Shown: positions 34,905 through 48,439, numbered from the whole stretch's first letter. The stretch is DNA of 56,724 bases, filler included, from Fonticula-like sp. SCN 57-25 (GCA_001724245.1; 2 parts of 2 records of this genome joined end to end with filler, not necessarily neighbours in it), one strand, 5' to 3'. Program-made: numbers and translations. Notes: a model not told the origin generated them from the sequence alone.

Positions 34905-37900
34905 ATGAGCGGAACCGGTTTGGTCCCTCCACCGGGGGGCAGTGGCAGCAGCAGCGAGAGTCGCATCAGGAAGTTTGCTGCGATGCGCACAGACAAAACT
35001 GCCGCCGAACTTCGTATGGCGGCCGCGGTTGCAAACGCGTCTGCCGTGGGATCTCCCGCGGCAAATGCTCGCGCGGGATCGACGTCGGACATTGCAGAGA
35101 CCGCGCAGGCGCTTGCGTCACCGCTAGCGGGTACTCTGCCTCAGCTCCCGACGGAGTACTTGCGCCCGGATGAGAACGACGCTGCATGGAACAAGCGAAA
35201 GGCTGGCGTAGAAGCAGATCTCTGCAAGGACATCCTTTCAATCCCCGAGGACGACATTCAATTCGAATCGCCCAAGCGCGAGTTTAGGACAGTAAGGAAG
35301 AGCCTGCCGAAACAAGCCGACGATCCTACGCTAATGGCTTACATGGAAGGCGTCTTTGACCTGTACCAGGCGGACTGGAATGTCGTCAAGAAGAAATACG
35401 AGTCAAATGCTGCATATCCTTCCAGAATGACCGAGCAGCAGCGCTCAAAGTACCTTGAGAACATGCCCCCGCTAAAGTACGAAGTGGACATTATGGCTGA
35501 CCAAGCAAAGCTCGCGAACGACGAAAAGACGACTGCATCACGCACGGACGTCAAGACACTCTTTGCTTCCGGGGCGCCGCCGTCGTCTTCGTCGCCGTCG
35601 CCGTCTTCGTCCTCGTCGTCGTCGCTGCCGGCTACTGTGTCGTCTTCAGCCGAGCTGACCGCTCGCGATGCCGACACCGTGAACCTCAAGTATATTGACG
35701 ACAAGGAGTCGTCTACGTGGACCGAGGCGAACCGTGACTCGATTGGTGTTGAGATGATGCGCGTGTTCAAGGAGCTCGAGGAGGAGATCCCCGACATGGA
35801 GGAGCGCCCGCAAGGCGAGCCGTTCCGCCAGCGGTTTGGCCGCCGTCTAATGGTTCACATTGACTCCCTTACTCTGGGTGTCGGCGTCTGCGAGCCGCTC
35901 TACGGCGTGCTCGCGCTGTACGACGTTCGGTCGCGCAAGAAGATCTCGGAGAACTTTCACTTTGACACCAACCCCGAGAACGTCAACGCGCTGGTTAGCC
36001 CCGGGGGAACCCAGGCGGATGCCGTGACGCTCGCTCGCAATGCTCTTTTCCAGCTGAACGACAGCAACATCGAAGACGTTTTCCTTGTGCTGCGCGTTGA
36101 AAAGGTGCTTGAGGGCGACCCGAGTGTTGCTTTTGATCGTTTCTCGTCCAGCGTCACCCCGAAGGCGCAGGCCGAAGTCGCCGACTTTTGCGAGCGACTC
36201 GGTAGGTTCCGCCAACCAATCGCATGGGGAGCGTTCCCGCTTGCTGGCGAGTCGGATGTGCTCGACGGGGAGCACGCGATTCGTCCCATCTACCGCCACA
36301 CTGACGAGCACAGCATCAGTGACGACGACATCCTTACCAGCATCGGGCACCTGACGAACCCGAAGCGCACGAGCAAGGCAAAGGCCATCACCGGCGCGCT
36401 TATGAAGTTTCATCTGCGAGAAATCGACGAGGAGGAGACGCCAAACAGCTGCGTGACACCCTTCTTGGTCCCTGTAAAGGTGCGCGCGCTTCATTGTGAT
36501 TTGTGTGTATAGTTGGGCTTACGCGGCATTTAACAGCCGTTCACGGGCGAGGGCGATGCCACGTCTCTTGTGAGGGAAATTGAAGAGTTTCCTCCGCACC
36601 CCATCGAGGTGCCGCACACAGACTATGTCAACACACTCTATGTATATCCGATGTCTGTCAACCTGTCAAAGTGGCAAGGCGCGCTGGACAATGCCCGCAA
36701 TATCAGTGCGCATTGTGTATTGAATTTTTTGCTTATTAATCCTGCCTTTTTCCAGCTGTTCGCGTGCAGTTCGTGCCCAATTCGAATACCGATGAACCCG
36801 GATCGAACGCCATGAAGGTACGGCCACATGCCGCCGAACTCTATAATCTGACTTTACTGCTAGGCGGTCTATGGCCGGTCATCTTCGCGCGCCTTTGTGA
36901 GCGACCTCTACATCCCGGTGTCTTTCCACGATAAGAACCCGCAGTTTTACGAGGAAGTCAAGATCACAATCCCGCTTAACCTGTCAAAGTCGCACCACAT
37001 TCTGTTTACATTCTACCATGTGACGTGCAAGCAGAAGAAGCAAAAGGACAAGTCGGAAGAGGTAGGCATTAGGTTTGTGCGGTTCTCCTGTACTTATGCG
37101 TAAACTAGACGATCCTTGGCTACTCGTGGCTTCCTGTGTATGAGCAGAACCGGTATGTCTAGTTGCATTTATCACTGCGCGTTACTGACACTTTTGCAAC
37201 AGCATCTTGTCGTCAAAGGAGTACCAGCTCCCTATTGCTCAAGAGATTGGCAAGAACTACGATACGGCTTCCAACAGCAAGGTACGGGCGGGTGCATTAA
37301 AGGCATTTGTGTACTGACGATGCATCAAGTGGGTTGATGGCAAGCGCCCGCTCTTCACCGTGCGCACCAAGCTGTGCTCGTCCGTGTATTCGCACGACGA
37401 GAAGGTGTCCAACTTTTTCGCCTCCCTGCAAGACGTCGGGCGTCAGAGCGCGGAAGCTGATATTACAAAGGTACGTTGTCTAAAAAGTGCCCTCATCCAC
37501 TAATGATGCATGGCGCGCGTAGGCAATGCAAGAGCTTGAGCAGGCGCTTCCTTCGTCCATCGTCCAGTTCTCCATCATCCTCCTGGACCAGCTGTTCTCA
37601 CTGCTGGCAAGGGTCTTCACCAAAGAGACCGTAAACCAAGCTGCATTCCGGGCCATTCTTCACGTTGTTTCGACGTGCGATTTTCGCCTTTTAAAAATTT
37701 GTTTCTCACGAAAGGCCGCAGTGTTCACTCTGAAACCACGCCGCTCAATGTGCGCCGCAACGCGTACCTCGTTTCCTACATCAAGTACCGGTACGCCAAC
37801 AAGCCTGGTGCCAAGAAGAGCGTGTTTGAGGAAATCGTCCGCTACTGGCAGGGTCTTTTGGACGACAAGGTGCGTTGAGGGTTTTAGCTTACGCTACCAC

Positions 37901-40900
37901 CAATCGCTTTTACTTACACTTTCATGCAGGCCGCGTCCGAGACTGTTGTGCGCGACCGCCATCGCTTCTCTTGGTTCTTCCTCGATGTCATCACGAAGTC
38001 GATTCTGCAGCACCTGCAGACGGACGCAGCGTGGCGCCCCGGAGCCACGTCTGAACAGCGCCACTTCAAGTCATCGTTCCTCAAGAACATTTCGTCGCTG
38101 ATGACGTCGCTCGCCATTGAAACCGCAAACTGCAAGCTTCAATCGACCGGCCGTGAGCTCAATGAGGCAATTGCGTACTTTGTGACGGACGCGTTCTCTT
38201 TCCTGGACCGCAAGACGGTCCTCGGCATTGTGCACACCCACGTGACAGTGTTGTCGGTCAACCCGAGCGACATGATGGTCAATTTCAAGGTGGACTTTAT
38301 CCGTGTCATTTGCGCCTATGAGCACTTTGTAGCTGTGTGTCTCCCCACGCAGGAGGTTGTGGACAGGCCATTCGACCGCTTTGCCAACATTCAGCAAGAA
38401 TTTTGGTTCGCACAATTGCATTTTATACCGCTATTTCTTACATTCTCATAGGCATCGCTTCTATCTGGTGGGCCTTCTGCTGCACGAGCTGACCTCCATC
38501 CTCGACACTGCTTCGCGCCATACCCGCCGCCGCGCGCTCTTTGTGCTCTCCAGCCTGCTGAACAAGCTGATTGCCGACGAGCGGATCAGCGGCTCTCAGG
38601 TCAAGCGCAACAGGGTCGCGGTCATGTTTTTCCCGCTTCTCAACATTATCATTGCGCGCATGACTCGCCTTGAGCTGACCCCGCCGGCAGGCGCCTCCGC
38701 CGCCTCTCCGCCGCCTACTTCGACTGCTGCACCGTCGCCCGTGCCGCAAACTCCCATGACGCCGGGAACCCCGGGAACGCCCGTGGCGCCAGTGCTTTCC
38801 GCCCCGGCCGCTCCCGTTGGAGAAGGAGACGGCAGCTACGCTGTCCTGGAGAAGCGCATTTTGCTTGCGTGCTTCCTTCAGGTGCTCAACAACATTGACG
38901 TAAAGTACGTGCCCCCATTTACATTATTCCTGCTAATACCCGTTCCAGGTGGCTGTACGAGTGGCTTAAGAGGGTCGACTTGCCGACATTCTACTCGTTC
39001 ATTGAGATTCTTTCCCTTTGCATTGACCACTTTGCCGTGCGCCTTGCCACAACTCTTGTTGACAAACGACTAAATTGGATTGCAGTATTCGGGCAAGGTT
39101 GAGGTGGAAAAGCGCCGTGCTATCATGGCCAAAATGCAGCAGTCTTCAAATGGCAACGACGCCAAGTCTGGTAGCCGACTTGATTCGTATGACGCCAAGC
39201 AGCGGCTCGAGGCGTACTATCAGACGAAGCGCGCGGGTCCCGCCATCAAGGGTTCACGTACGTCGCGCTCTTTTCCTTGTTTCGTGGGGTCTTTTTTGCT
39301 GATGAATTGGAAACAGTGAAGGGGCCGATTGGATCCATGCGCGTCGCCGGATCGCTCCGCAAGGACACTATCAGCATCGAGTCACACTCGAGCAAGGGAT
39401 CTGTTTCGAGTCAGATCGACATTACTGTAGAGGCCAAGTTGGTACGCAGCTCTATATTATTGGGTTCTGTTTGATTAACACACCATGCGCAGGCTTCCAT
39501 GCTCTCATCCGAGGTGAGCTCGGTGATTCTGTATGTCTTTGAGATGATCCTATCCCATCAAAAGCCTCTGTCGCACGACTCTGAGCCCGCTCGCAAGATG
39601 TTTGAACTTTTGATTCGGTTCCTTGATCATCACCAGTCGGAGACGATCACGGTGCAGCTTTTGGCGACATTGAAGACGTTCATCCTAAAGTACGCGCCGG
39701 CCATCTTCAAGGAGGGGACGACGTACTGCGGCGAGCTCTGCCGCGTGGCCCTCAAGTACGCCTGCTCGTACCTGAGCAGCGTGCGGCAGCTCGCCGCCGC
39801 TGTCCTCTACCTTCTCATGAAGAAGAACTTTGAGGCGTCAAACGGAAACGGTTTCCTCAAGGTACGTGTCAAGTTCAGTTTTGTATCTATTGTACTTAAT
39901 TACTTCTTGCAGGTTCGGACGCAGCTGACCGTCGCCCTTGATCGGTTGACGGTGACCACGGACAGCTTTATCCGCCGCACGTTGGCAACTGTGATTGCGT
40001 ATTCGTCCGCCGACACGTCCCTGGGCCGCTCGCCGTTCCCAGGCCAGGTCAAGGAGAGCGTCGAAAAGATGATTCAGCTGAACCGCGACTCGATCCGGAT
40101 GAACGAGGCCAGCGACGATCCGGATCTGTTCATTGACATGAACTTTAGGGTGGCGATGGGCCGCCTTAACACGCCGGACCTTCGTCTCACGTCGCTCGAC
40201 AAGATTCTCAAGCGCAACCTTAACAATGAGGACTACCAGGAGGCAGCGTACTGCCTGCTGCACCAGGCGGCCCTCATCGCAGAGTGTATGCATAACATGA
40301 AGCGCAGGGGGATTCTTACTAGCGTCAACGAGGGGCTTGCTACTGGAGCCAAAGAGTTTATGACCTTGTCGCCCAACATGGCCATGGAGCAGCGCGTGTC
40401 GACCGTACGTTTCTGCTGGTGATATGCTCCTTGTTAACAACGTTTGTTTTCCAGGAAGGAGAGGGCATTGGCGAAGTTGAAAACTTTAACGAAAAGGCAT
40501 TTGTCAAGGGACTGGAAAGCGCTGTCCAGCATCTCAGAAAGGTGTGCAATTTTTGTGGTTTTGCGCGCGACATTAACGCGTGCTTTCAAGGCTCACCTTT
40601 ATGAGACTATCAACCTGGTGTTCAAGTTCCTGCTCCCTCTGCTGGAAAAGAACCGCGACTATGAGCAGATCGCGACGAGCCACTACCAGCTGTGGAAGGA
40701 CTTTACCACGCTCAACACAATGAACGCCAGCGGCAAGCGTGTGTTTAGTTCCTACTTCCGCGTTGCCTTTTACGGCCAGCAGTTTGGAGAGATGAGCGGC
40801 CAGCAGTATGTGTACAAGGAGCGGCGACTGGCCCGTTTGGCCGACGTCAGCTCGCGCATGGAGGTACGACTATGAGCGGATGTTTTTTTTTTCGATGCTA

Positions 40901-41819
40901 ACTCTCCGAAAAGGAATTTTACGGCGCTCGCTTTGGCGCGGATTGCGTCGAGCTGATCAATCTGAGCACTGACGTTGATGTTTCGACCCTGTCTCCGTCC
41001 AAATGCTATATCCAAATCACGGCTGTCGACCCGTACTTTTCCGAGGAGGAGCTGCAGGACCGCCCGACGCTGTACGACCGTCACACCAACATCCGTCGCT
41101 TTGTGTTTGAGACGCCCTACTTGACGGGCAACAGCGGCAAGTCGCACGGGTCGATCAGCGAGCAGTACATGCGCAAGACTATTGTCACGACCGACTATGC
41201 ATTCCCGTTCATCAAGCGGCGGCTGCTCATTGTGAGCAAGGAGGAGATCAATTTGACGCCGATCCAGGTGAGCATTGAGTCCATCGCCAAGCGTAACGAC
41301 GCCATTTCTGCGGCGCTCAACCAGAAGCCCCGCGATGCCAAGGCGATCCAGGGCCTGCTTCAGGGGTCGGTAAGGCTGCAGGTGAACTCTGGCCCGCTCG
41401 AGATTGCTTCTACTTTCCTCGACAAGGCAAAGGCGAGCCAATACAAGGAGGAGCACGTCGCCAAGCTGAGGTTCCTCTTTGCCGTGTTTGTGCACAAGTG
41501 CCAGGAGGCGCTCTACATCAACAGAACGTACGCGCCTTGCAGTTTCACGCAATGTTTACTGACTCTTTGGGTAGGCTGATCAAGCACGACCAGCACGCGT
41601 ACCAGGAAGACCTCGAGGAGGGATTCCGCGGGCTCAAGGAGGGAATTGCGCCCTACTTGGACTCGGCAGCGGTCGACGCGGCAAGAAAGTACGCCGCCGC
41701 TTGCCACGAAAACGTACTCTTTGCTAACAGTGTATGCTTCGCGTAGGGCTGGAATGAGCGAGGACAAGTACAAGAATATCCTCGACTCTATCAGTGGATT
41801 CGGACTGGCTCAGAACTAA
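34905..41819 (+). CDS. DOCK-C/D (zizimin-related) Rho-family GEF, many exons
   Basis: 'EPLYG.LALYD.R..KKISENFHFD', DHR-1/C2 'NTLYVYP', 'P.FYEEVKI..P..L...HHILFTFYHV.C', DHR-2 'YFRVAFYG..FG......YVYKE', 'FETP', 'LQGSV..QVN.GPLEIA'. Confidence 0.93.
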
Positions 41820-42266
41820 CCGACCATCAAAGCATTATTTTTATATCTTATTTGTTCAAGTTGCCTATTGCAGTATATCAAGCAGTCTTTTAATACAGTT
41901 GGTTTTCGCGGAACATTGGAGGGTGGCTGGCCGAAGGGAAGGGAAAGGCGAATTCATCGAGCGGTTTCAGAATCTAAATGAAGGGCCTCAATGGGCCTAT
42001 TCTCAGAAAGCATCCCAGAGTGCACTGTAGGGGAAGCGGCCTGCCTATACGTGGGTTTCATAGAATTGTATACGTGTTTTGCGGTATTACGTACTGCGCC
42101 CCCGTGTTTGGCGGGCTATCACCCACTATCACCTGATAATCCTGATTCGCGATCTATTGTTCGATTGTGATTGGCGGGAGCGATTCGGGTGTCCACGAAG
42201 TCGAGAATTTACGTACGTCGCGTGCGCTATTAGTGCGCCACCGTTGCCTGGTGCGCCGCCGCCGCG

Positions 42267-44748
42267 ATGCATGCCTCTGGTCCCTCTGCGGGCCACAGTC
42301 ATGCCATATCTAATCCCGGGAACGCGTCTGTGAATGGCCGCGAGAGCTCGTATGTCAAGATCAACGACGGCACGGCCGACGTGGCCGATGCTCACAAGAA
42401 GGTGGCCACGTTGCGCGGCAATGGAGCTAATCGACTCGTGGCCATTGCCGATGTGCTTGTGTGCGCGGCCGTGTGGCTTGCCGGGGCTGCGACCTATGAT
42501 GGTGAGGCCGGCAAGGACTACTACAAGGATTCCGTGATCAACTATTCTTTCTCGACGTCGCTCTTTGACGTCATGCTCTTCGCCATCGTGCGTGGCTTCC
42601 TCGTCGACACCCTCCAGTCGCGCCCCGAGCAGCTGTCTGCCAAGCGCCTCAAGTTTCTCTGGGTCATCATTGTGTCGTCGCTAGTCTTTGGCGTTGTAAA
42701 GATCTCTCTTCTCGACTGGGCTGCCTCTCCCGGCGCCACCTGGCTCTCTGCCTGCTTCATGGTGACGTTTTTCCTTTTCGGCATCGGTGAGGCGGTTGGC
42801 GCGCGCGGAGCCTCCAAGCGCATTGACCAGCTGAAGTACTACCAGGCGGTCATTGACGCCTCTCCCGCTCTGGACAAGTCGTTCAAAGGCACTGCCACTG
42901 GGCTCGGTCGTGTGCTTGCGCTCGCTCGTCCGCATCTCGGCATGCTCAGCTTCGCCATGGTTGCCCTTTTGGTGAACACGTTCTCGTCGCTCGCGCTGCC
43001 CTTTGTCGTGGGTCAGGTGGTCGATGCGCTTATTGCGCCCGAGGATGGCGATGCTATGGGCGAGCTGAACAAGTACATTTCTATTCTCCTTGTACTTTTC
43101 GCCATTGGCGCCGTGTCTGGAACAGCGCGCTCGTGGCTTTTCACGCTTGCCGGCCATCGCATCGTGTACCGTCTGCGTGCGGACGTGTTTGACTCTATTG
43201 TCAAGCAGGAGATTTCCTTCTTTGACAAGTCGCGCACCGGCGAGCTCACCAGCCGTCTCAGTTCCGACACGCAAGTCCTGCAAAACACCGCCACGGTCAA
43301 CATGTCCATGCTCATCCGCTACGTCATCCAGATCATTGGCTCCATCGTCATTCTCGTCCTCCTGTCCTGGCAGCTCTCCCTCATCATGTTTGCGACCGTC
43401 CCGGTCATCGCCATCGCCGCTGTGATCTATGGAAGGTACATGCACGGCCTGCAAAAGACCTTCCAGGACCAGCTCGCCGCGGCCACCACCGTCGCCGAAG
43501 AGGGTACGCCGCCGTTTGTTTTATTATGCTTGTAGTGCAAGTATTGACGCAAGTGTTTCATTTCCGATAGTGATCAGCAACATGCGTACTGTCCGGTCGT
43601 TCTCGAGCGAGGCGCGCACGTCTGCGCAGTACACCTCGGCTGTTGAGCAATCGTACGAGGTTGGCCGCCGCCTTTCCGGTGCCTATGGTCTGTTCCAGGG
43701 CTCGATGACGTTTATCCCGCAGGCGGCGATCGCCCTTGTTTTGTGGTGGGGCGGCACGCAGGTGATCGAGGGCGCGCTCTCCGCCGGTCTCCTGACGTCC
43801 TTTTTGCTGTACACTCTTTCGATGGCGATGGCCTTTGCCTTCCTCTCTGCTCTCTACGGCGACTTTATGGCCGCCGTCGGTGCGTCGCAGCGCCTCTTCC
43901 AGCTTCTGGACCGCGAGCCCGAGATCCCCTCGAGCGGCGGCCTCGTTCCCACGACGCCCTTTGTTGGCCACGTAGAGTTTGATCAAGTCAGCTTTGCCTA
44001 CCCGACGCGCGAGGACATTCGCGTGCTTCACGACGTGTCGCTGTCGCTGGAGCCCGGCAAGATTCTCGCGCTGGTTGGCCCCAGCGGTGGCGGCAAGAGC
44101 ACGCTGGTGGCGCTCCTGGAGCGCTTCTACGACGTGGGCACCGGCCGCATCCTCGTGGACAACCGCGACCTCCGCGAGCTGGACCCGCGCTGGTACCGCA
44201 GCCACGTTGCGCTCGTCAGCCAGGAGCCGATCCTCTTTGCCACGACGATCCGCGAAAACATTACTTTTGGCGTCTCGCGCGTCGTGACCGAGGCCGAGAT
44301 CATTGCCGCGGCCACGGCGGCCAACGCGCACAGCTTCATCTCTGGGTTCCCCGAAGGGTACGACGCCCTGGTCGGCGAGCGCGGCGTGCGTCTCTCGGGC
44401 GGGCAGAAGCAGCGCATCGCCATCGCGCGCGCTCTTATCATGAACCCCAAGGTGCTCCTGCTCGACGAGGCCACGAGTGCCCTCGACGCAGAGAGCGAGC
44501 ATCTCGTGCAGGAGGCCATCGACAGGGCGATGCAGGACAGGACTGTCATGGTCATCGCGCACAGGCTGTCGACCGTCAAGAACGCTCACTCAATCGCCGT
44601 CCTCAGTGGAGGAAAGGTCGCCGAGCGCGGCACACACGATGAGCTCATCCAGCTGGGCGGCATCTACAAGAAGCTCGTCCACAAGCAGCTCTCGGGAAAT
44701 GATGCGTCGCCCAAGGAAGAGCAAGTCAAGCTAATCGACCACGAGTAG
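42267..44748 (+). CDS. ABCB half-transporter with extra N-terminal TM domain (TAPL/ABCB9-like)
   Basis: 'QEISFFDKSRTGELTSRLSSDT', 'GPSGGGKST', 'VSQEPILF', 'GERGVRLSGGQKQRIAIARA', 'LLLDEATSALD', 'IAHRLST'. Extra N-terminal hydrophobic helices. One intron ~43504-43570. Confidence 0.9.
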
Positions 44749-45055
44749 GCCAAGCTTAGGGAATAATGGGCCTCCAAGTTATAAAGTCTTTGAAATGTTG
44801 TTTTATAGTGTGTTTCATTTGAGAATATAGTGAGTGATAAAAGTCAACCAGGAATAAAAAAGCAATCGAAAGGAAAAAGAAAAGAAAAAGACAAAAGAAA
44901 GGTCAATACAACAAGAGACCTCATAATTCAAAAAAGGGGGATACTTACAAAACAAATGAGGCAGATTTGTGTGCGGCCACCATCATCCCGGGGTCAAGAC
45001 AACTCGAACCAATCGCAGTCGTTGGTTGCCTTGTCCCTTCTCCTCCTCAATCCTG

Positions 45056-46697
45056 CTATTTTTTCAATGAAAAGCAGAAACACATTGTCGCCTCCTCCAC
45101 AACCCTATTGGCATTATCGCCGCCGCCGTTCTTGGCGGCCGCGTTGGCCGCGCCGCCGGTGGCAGGGTGGTTCTTTTGATGGTTCACCGTGATGCCCCCC
45201 ATGTCGGCCGCCGATTTCGACCCGTCAAACTGCATCCAGTCGTAAATCTGGTCGTCCACAAGGTGGTGCTTCTTCATCACCGTCGAGAACAGCTTGAGGA
45301 GATAGTCGTAGTCGGGGTTCTCCTCGAATTTCAAGTGGCGAGCATACGTCAAGTACTTTCCAAACTCGTCGGGGAAGCCGCTGCACAGCTCAGACACCGT
45401 CACTTGCTGCTTCTTCTCACCAATCTTTTCGTATTTCTGCTTGTTGGTAGCCGCCTTAAGGCCCTGCCACGGAAGGCTGCCGCGAAGAAAATACATGAAC
45501 ACGTGGCCAAGCGCCTCAAGATCATCTCGCCGAGATTGTTCTAAAGAGATAAAGTCAGTACATGCACGCAAAGAAAACTGAAATGCAAGCACATGCAGCT
45601 TGTCACGCAATACAACAAATGCATATCAAACGCCCTTCCAGCCAGAGCCACTTTGGACAACTCAAATTTACCACAATAGACCCCTCTCCCCGTCCACCTC
45701 TAAACTCCAAAGACGTACCGCGTCCAAGATGAGTATTGATGCTCATGTACCGCGCTGTCCCGGACAGGCTCTTCTTCTCCCGATACGGAATATGAATCTT
45801 GCTGTGCGGGTCCCGGTAGTACTTGGCCATTCCAAAATCTAGGTTTATGTCAGCCAATCGCATCGAGCATAACCACGCAGCGCACCAATCAGGTTGACCA
45901 CAGTTGACTGGGCATTACGGCCGATTAGAAAATTGTCGGGCTTAATGTCGCGGTAGATCAAATTGCGCTCATGGCAGGCGCGAACGCGCGTCAGCATCTG
46001 CTTGGCGAGCATGCAAACCGTCTTGATAGAAAAGTGGCGCGAGCAAAGCTCGAAAAGGTCCTCCAGGGACGGGCCCAACAGCTCCATAACGAGAACATTG
46101 TAGTGCGACGCCTCGACGCCAAAGTAAAACACACGCGGAACGCCAGCTAATACAGCAGGATTAGGGTCAATGCAATACGGCAGCGAGTGAGAATAGCACG
46201 TACAAACTCCCTGGAGAATGTGATATGTCTTGTATTCGTCTCTTAGCTGGGGTGCTTCGGACTTGCGCGGTTCCTAATAGAAAGATCCACGGGTCAGCTA
46301 CACGACGCAAGAAAGCTCAATTAGACGTACAAACTTAACGGCGACTTGCTCATTCGTCTCCAAATTAATTCCCTCATAAATGATTCCAAAGGAACCCTCG
46401 CCAATCTTCCTGCCGATGCGGTACTTGTCGCCAACCACATTGACCAGAGGGCGATTGCTTTCAGATGGCACAGATGCCCGCGATGCTCCAACACTGCAAA
46501 CCAATGGGCATTAGAAAACCGCCAACAAGCTATTAAACGCGAGAGAGAATGCGAGCACGGGAATTGGTACAAGAGGTGTGTCACAAGAGCCATCGCGGTT
46601 TGCGTTGAACGTACGGTCTGTTGGACGCTGCTGGATCTTGCGATGTAGATGCGCGCGTCGGCTGGCTGCTCGACGCCACAGCTCCAGAAGCACTCAT
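45056..46697 (-). CDS. Casein kinase I, Yck/CK1-gamma type (multi-exon)
   Basis: 'KIGEGSFG', '[10 protein letters not shown]', '[13 protein letters not shown]', '[30 protein letters not shown]', '[22 protein letters not shown]', C-terminal Cys motif 'CFCFSLKK'. Confidence 0.95.
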
Positions 46698-47488
46698 TAA
46701 GGGCGAGCGTTGCGAAGCGCGGTCCTCGGAAGCAGCAGATAGCACGTGTGTGTGGGGTAGGGTCGGGCGATCACTTCAACACCCGCAAACTCAAAGGCGA
46801 GTGCTTGCGCGCCGCAGCAAAGGATTGGAAGCAAACGAAATTAAAAAGTACTAACAACAACAAGAAAAATAATGTTGGTGCGTCGTCCGGCAAACGACGA
46901 CAAAGCTGGCTCTCTGTTCCGGAGCTGCCTCCAATCCCACTTCAAAGTCAAAGTTCGGAAAACCAACTAATCAGCCTCAAAAGCACTCTCAGAGGCGGTA
47001 ACCGATCCAACAATCAGACGATCTGACCTCCACTCAAGCAAGCGTATTATCGACGCGTCGAGCAGCAGGGAAGGATTCACGAGCTAGTCGGCGCACGATG
47101 CTACCGTGGACCAAACCGAGCGTGCTTTCTTTTCTCTGCTTTTCGCCGAAAAATTCTCAAAACAACAACGGGGTGGCTGTTCCAGTCTACCTGAAATGTG
47201 ATCGAGGTCGAGCAATCGAGCCCACCCAAATTCTTTAACTACAGGCATGTGACATGGTTGTCGACAGGAGAACCTTGTCGGTCGCTCAGCATTCGCCATC
47301 TGATTCGCCAAGTCTGAAGTGACGCGTGCGTCGTCAGCAGTCAGTCAATCCTCTGTTGCTGCTCTGCTGTTTCGGCCCGTTGCTGCTGTTTCACTTGTTA
47401 AGGCCCTTAGAGAATTATTCGTGCTCTACTTGGACATCGCAAGGGGTTCCTGCTTCGTTTCCCCCTTGTTCGGTTCCGTTCTTTTGCA

Positions 47489-48439
47489 ATGCTGCCGGAC
47501 GAAGATCTCGCTGTTCCGCTGACTGATCACTACGGTCCTCGCGTGCGCTCCGTGGTCGAGAGCGTCACGTCGGACGACGTTGTTCTTGTGGGCGACCCTG
47601 CTGGGTTAGAGCAGAAGCTTGCGTCGCTTGGTCGTGCTGGTCTTGATCGCGTCAATGTTGTGAGCGACTTTGACCGCACCATCACGCGGTTCTGGAACAA
47701 TGGGCGGATGGCGTCCAGCTGCCACGGCGTCATCGACGGCTCTTCTCTTGTAAGCGACGACTTTCGTACTCGCATCAAGAACCTGTTTGACGAGTACTAC
47801 CCGCTCGAGATCTCGCCTGACCTCACCCCGGCGGCTCGCGAGGCAAAGATGGTCGAGTGGTGGTCCCGCGCTCACAACATGTACATCGAGCACGGGATTC
47901 AACTGGACCATCTCCCTTCCATGCTGAAAGAGTCAAACATTGCGCTGCGAGAGCGTGCCGACAAGGTGATTTCGGGGCTCGCCAACAACGGCGTGCCGCT
48001 CTATGTGCTCTCGGCGGGCATCTCCAACGTGATCGACCTCTTCCTGCGCCAGCACGAGCTGCACTATGAAGACCACGTCGGCATCGTCGCCAACACGATG
48101 CACTTTGGCCGCGACGGCAAGCTCGCGGGATTCAACGAGGATCTTATCCACTCGATGAACAAGAACGGGACGATGCTGTACAAGAACCCGGTCACGAGGG
48201 ACCGGCTCGACCGCGGTAAGGAGCGCGACCACTTGATATTGCTGGGCGATAATCTCATGGACGCGAAGATGCAGGAGGGAATTAAGGCGGCTGACGTAAT
48301 CAAGGTCGGATTTTTGAATGACAAGGTGAAGGAGCGCATCAATGACTACTCAAAGCTGTTCGATATCGTTGTCGTGAACGACGGCAGCATGCACGTCGTC
48401 CAGTCGATGATCGAGGCAACCAAGAACGGTGACATTTAA
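47489..48439 (+). CDS. NT5C3: Cytosolic pyrimidine/m7G 5'-nucleotidase (NT5C3 family, HAD), intronless
   Basis: 'VVSDFDRTITRF', 'YYPLEI.P', 'MVEWW...H', 'LSAGI', 'ILLGD...D..M', 'KVGFLND', 'FDIVVVND'. Confidence 0.92.
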   Translation: MLPDEDLAVPLTDHYGPRVRSVVESVTSDDVVLVGDPAGLEQKLASLGRAGLDRVNVVSDFDRTITRFWNNGRMASSCHGVIDGSSLVSDDFRTRIKNLFDEYYPLEISPDLTPAAREAKMVEWWSRAHNMYIEHGIQLDHLPSMLKESNIALRERADKVISGLANNGVPLYVLSAGISNVIDLFLRQHELHYEDHVGIVANTMHFGRDGKLAGFNEDLIHSMNKNGTMLYKNPVTRDRLDRGKERDHLILLGDNLMDAKMQEGIKAADVIKVGFLNDKVKERINDYSKLFDIVVVNDGSMHVVQSMIEATKNGDI

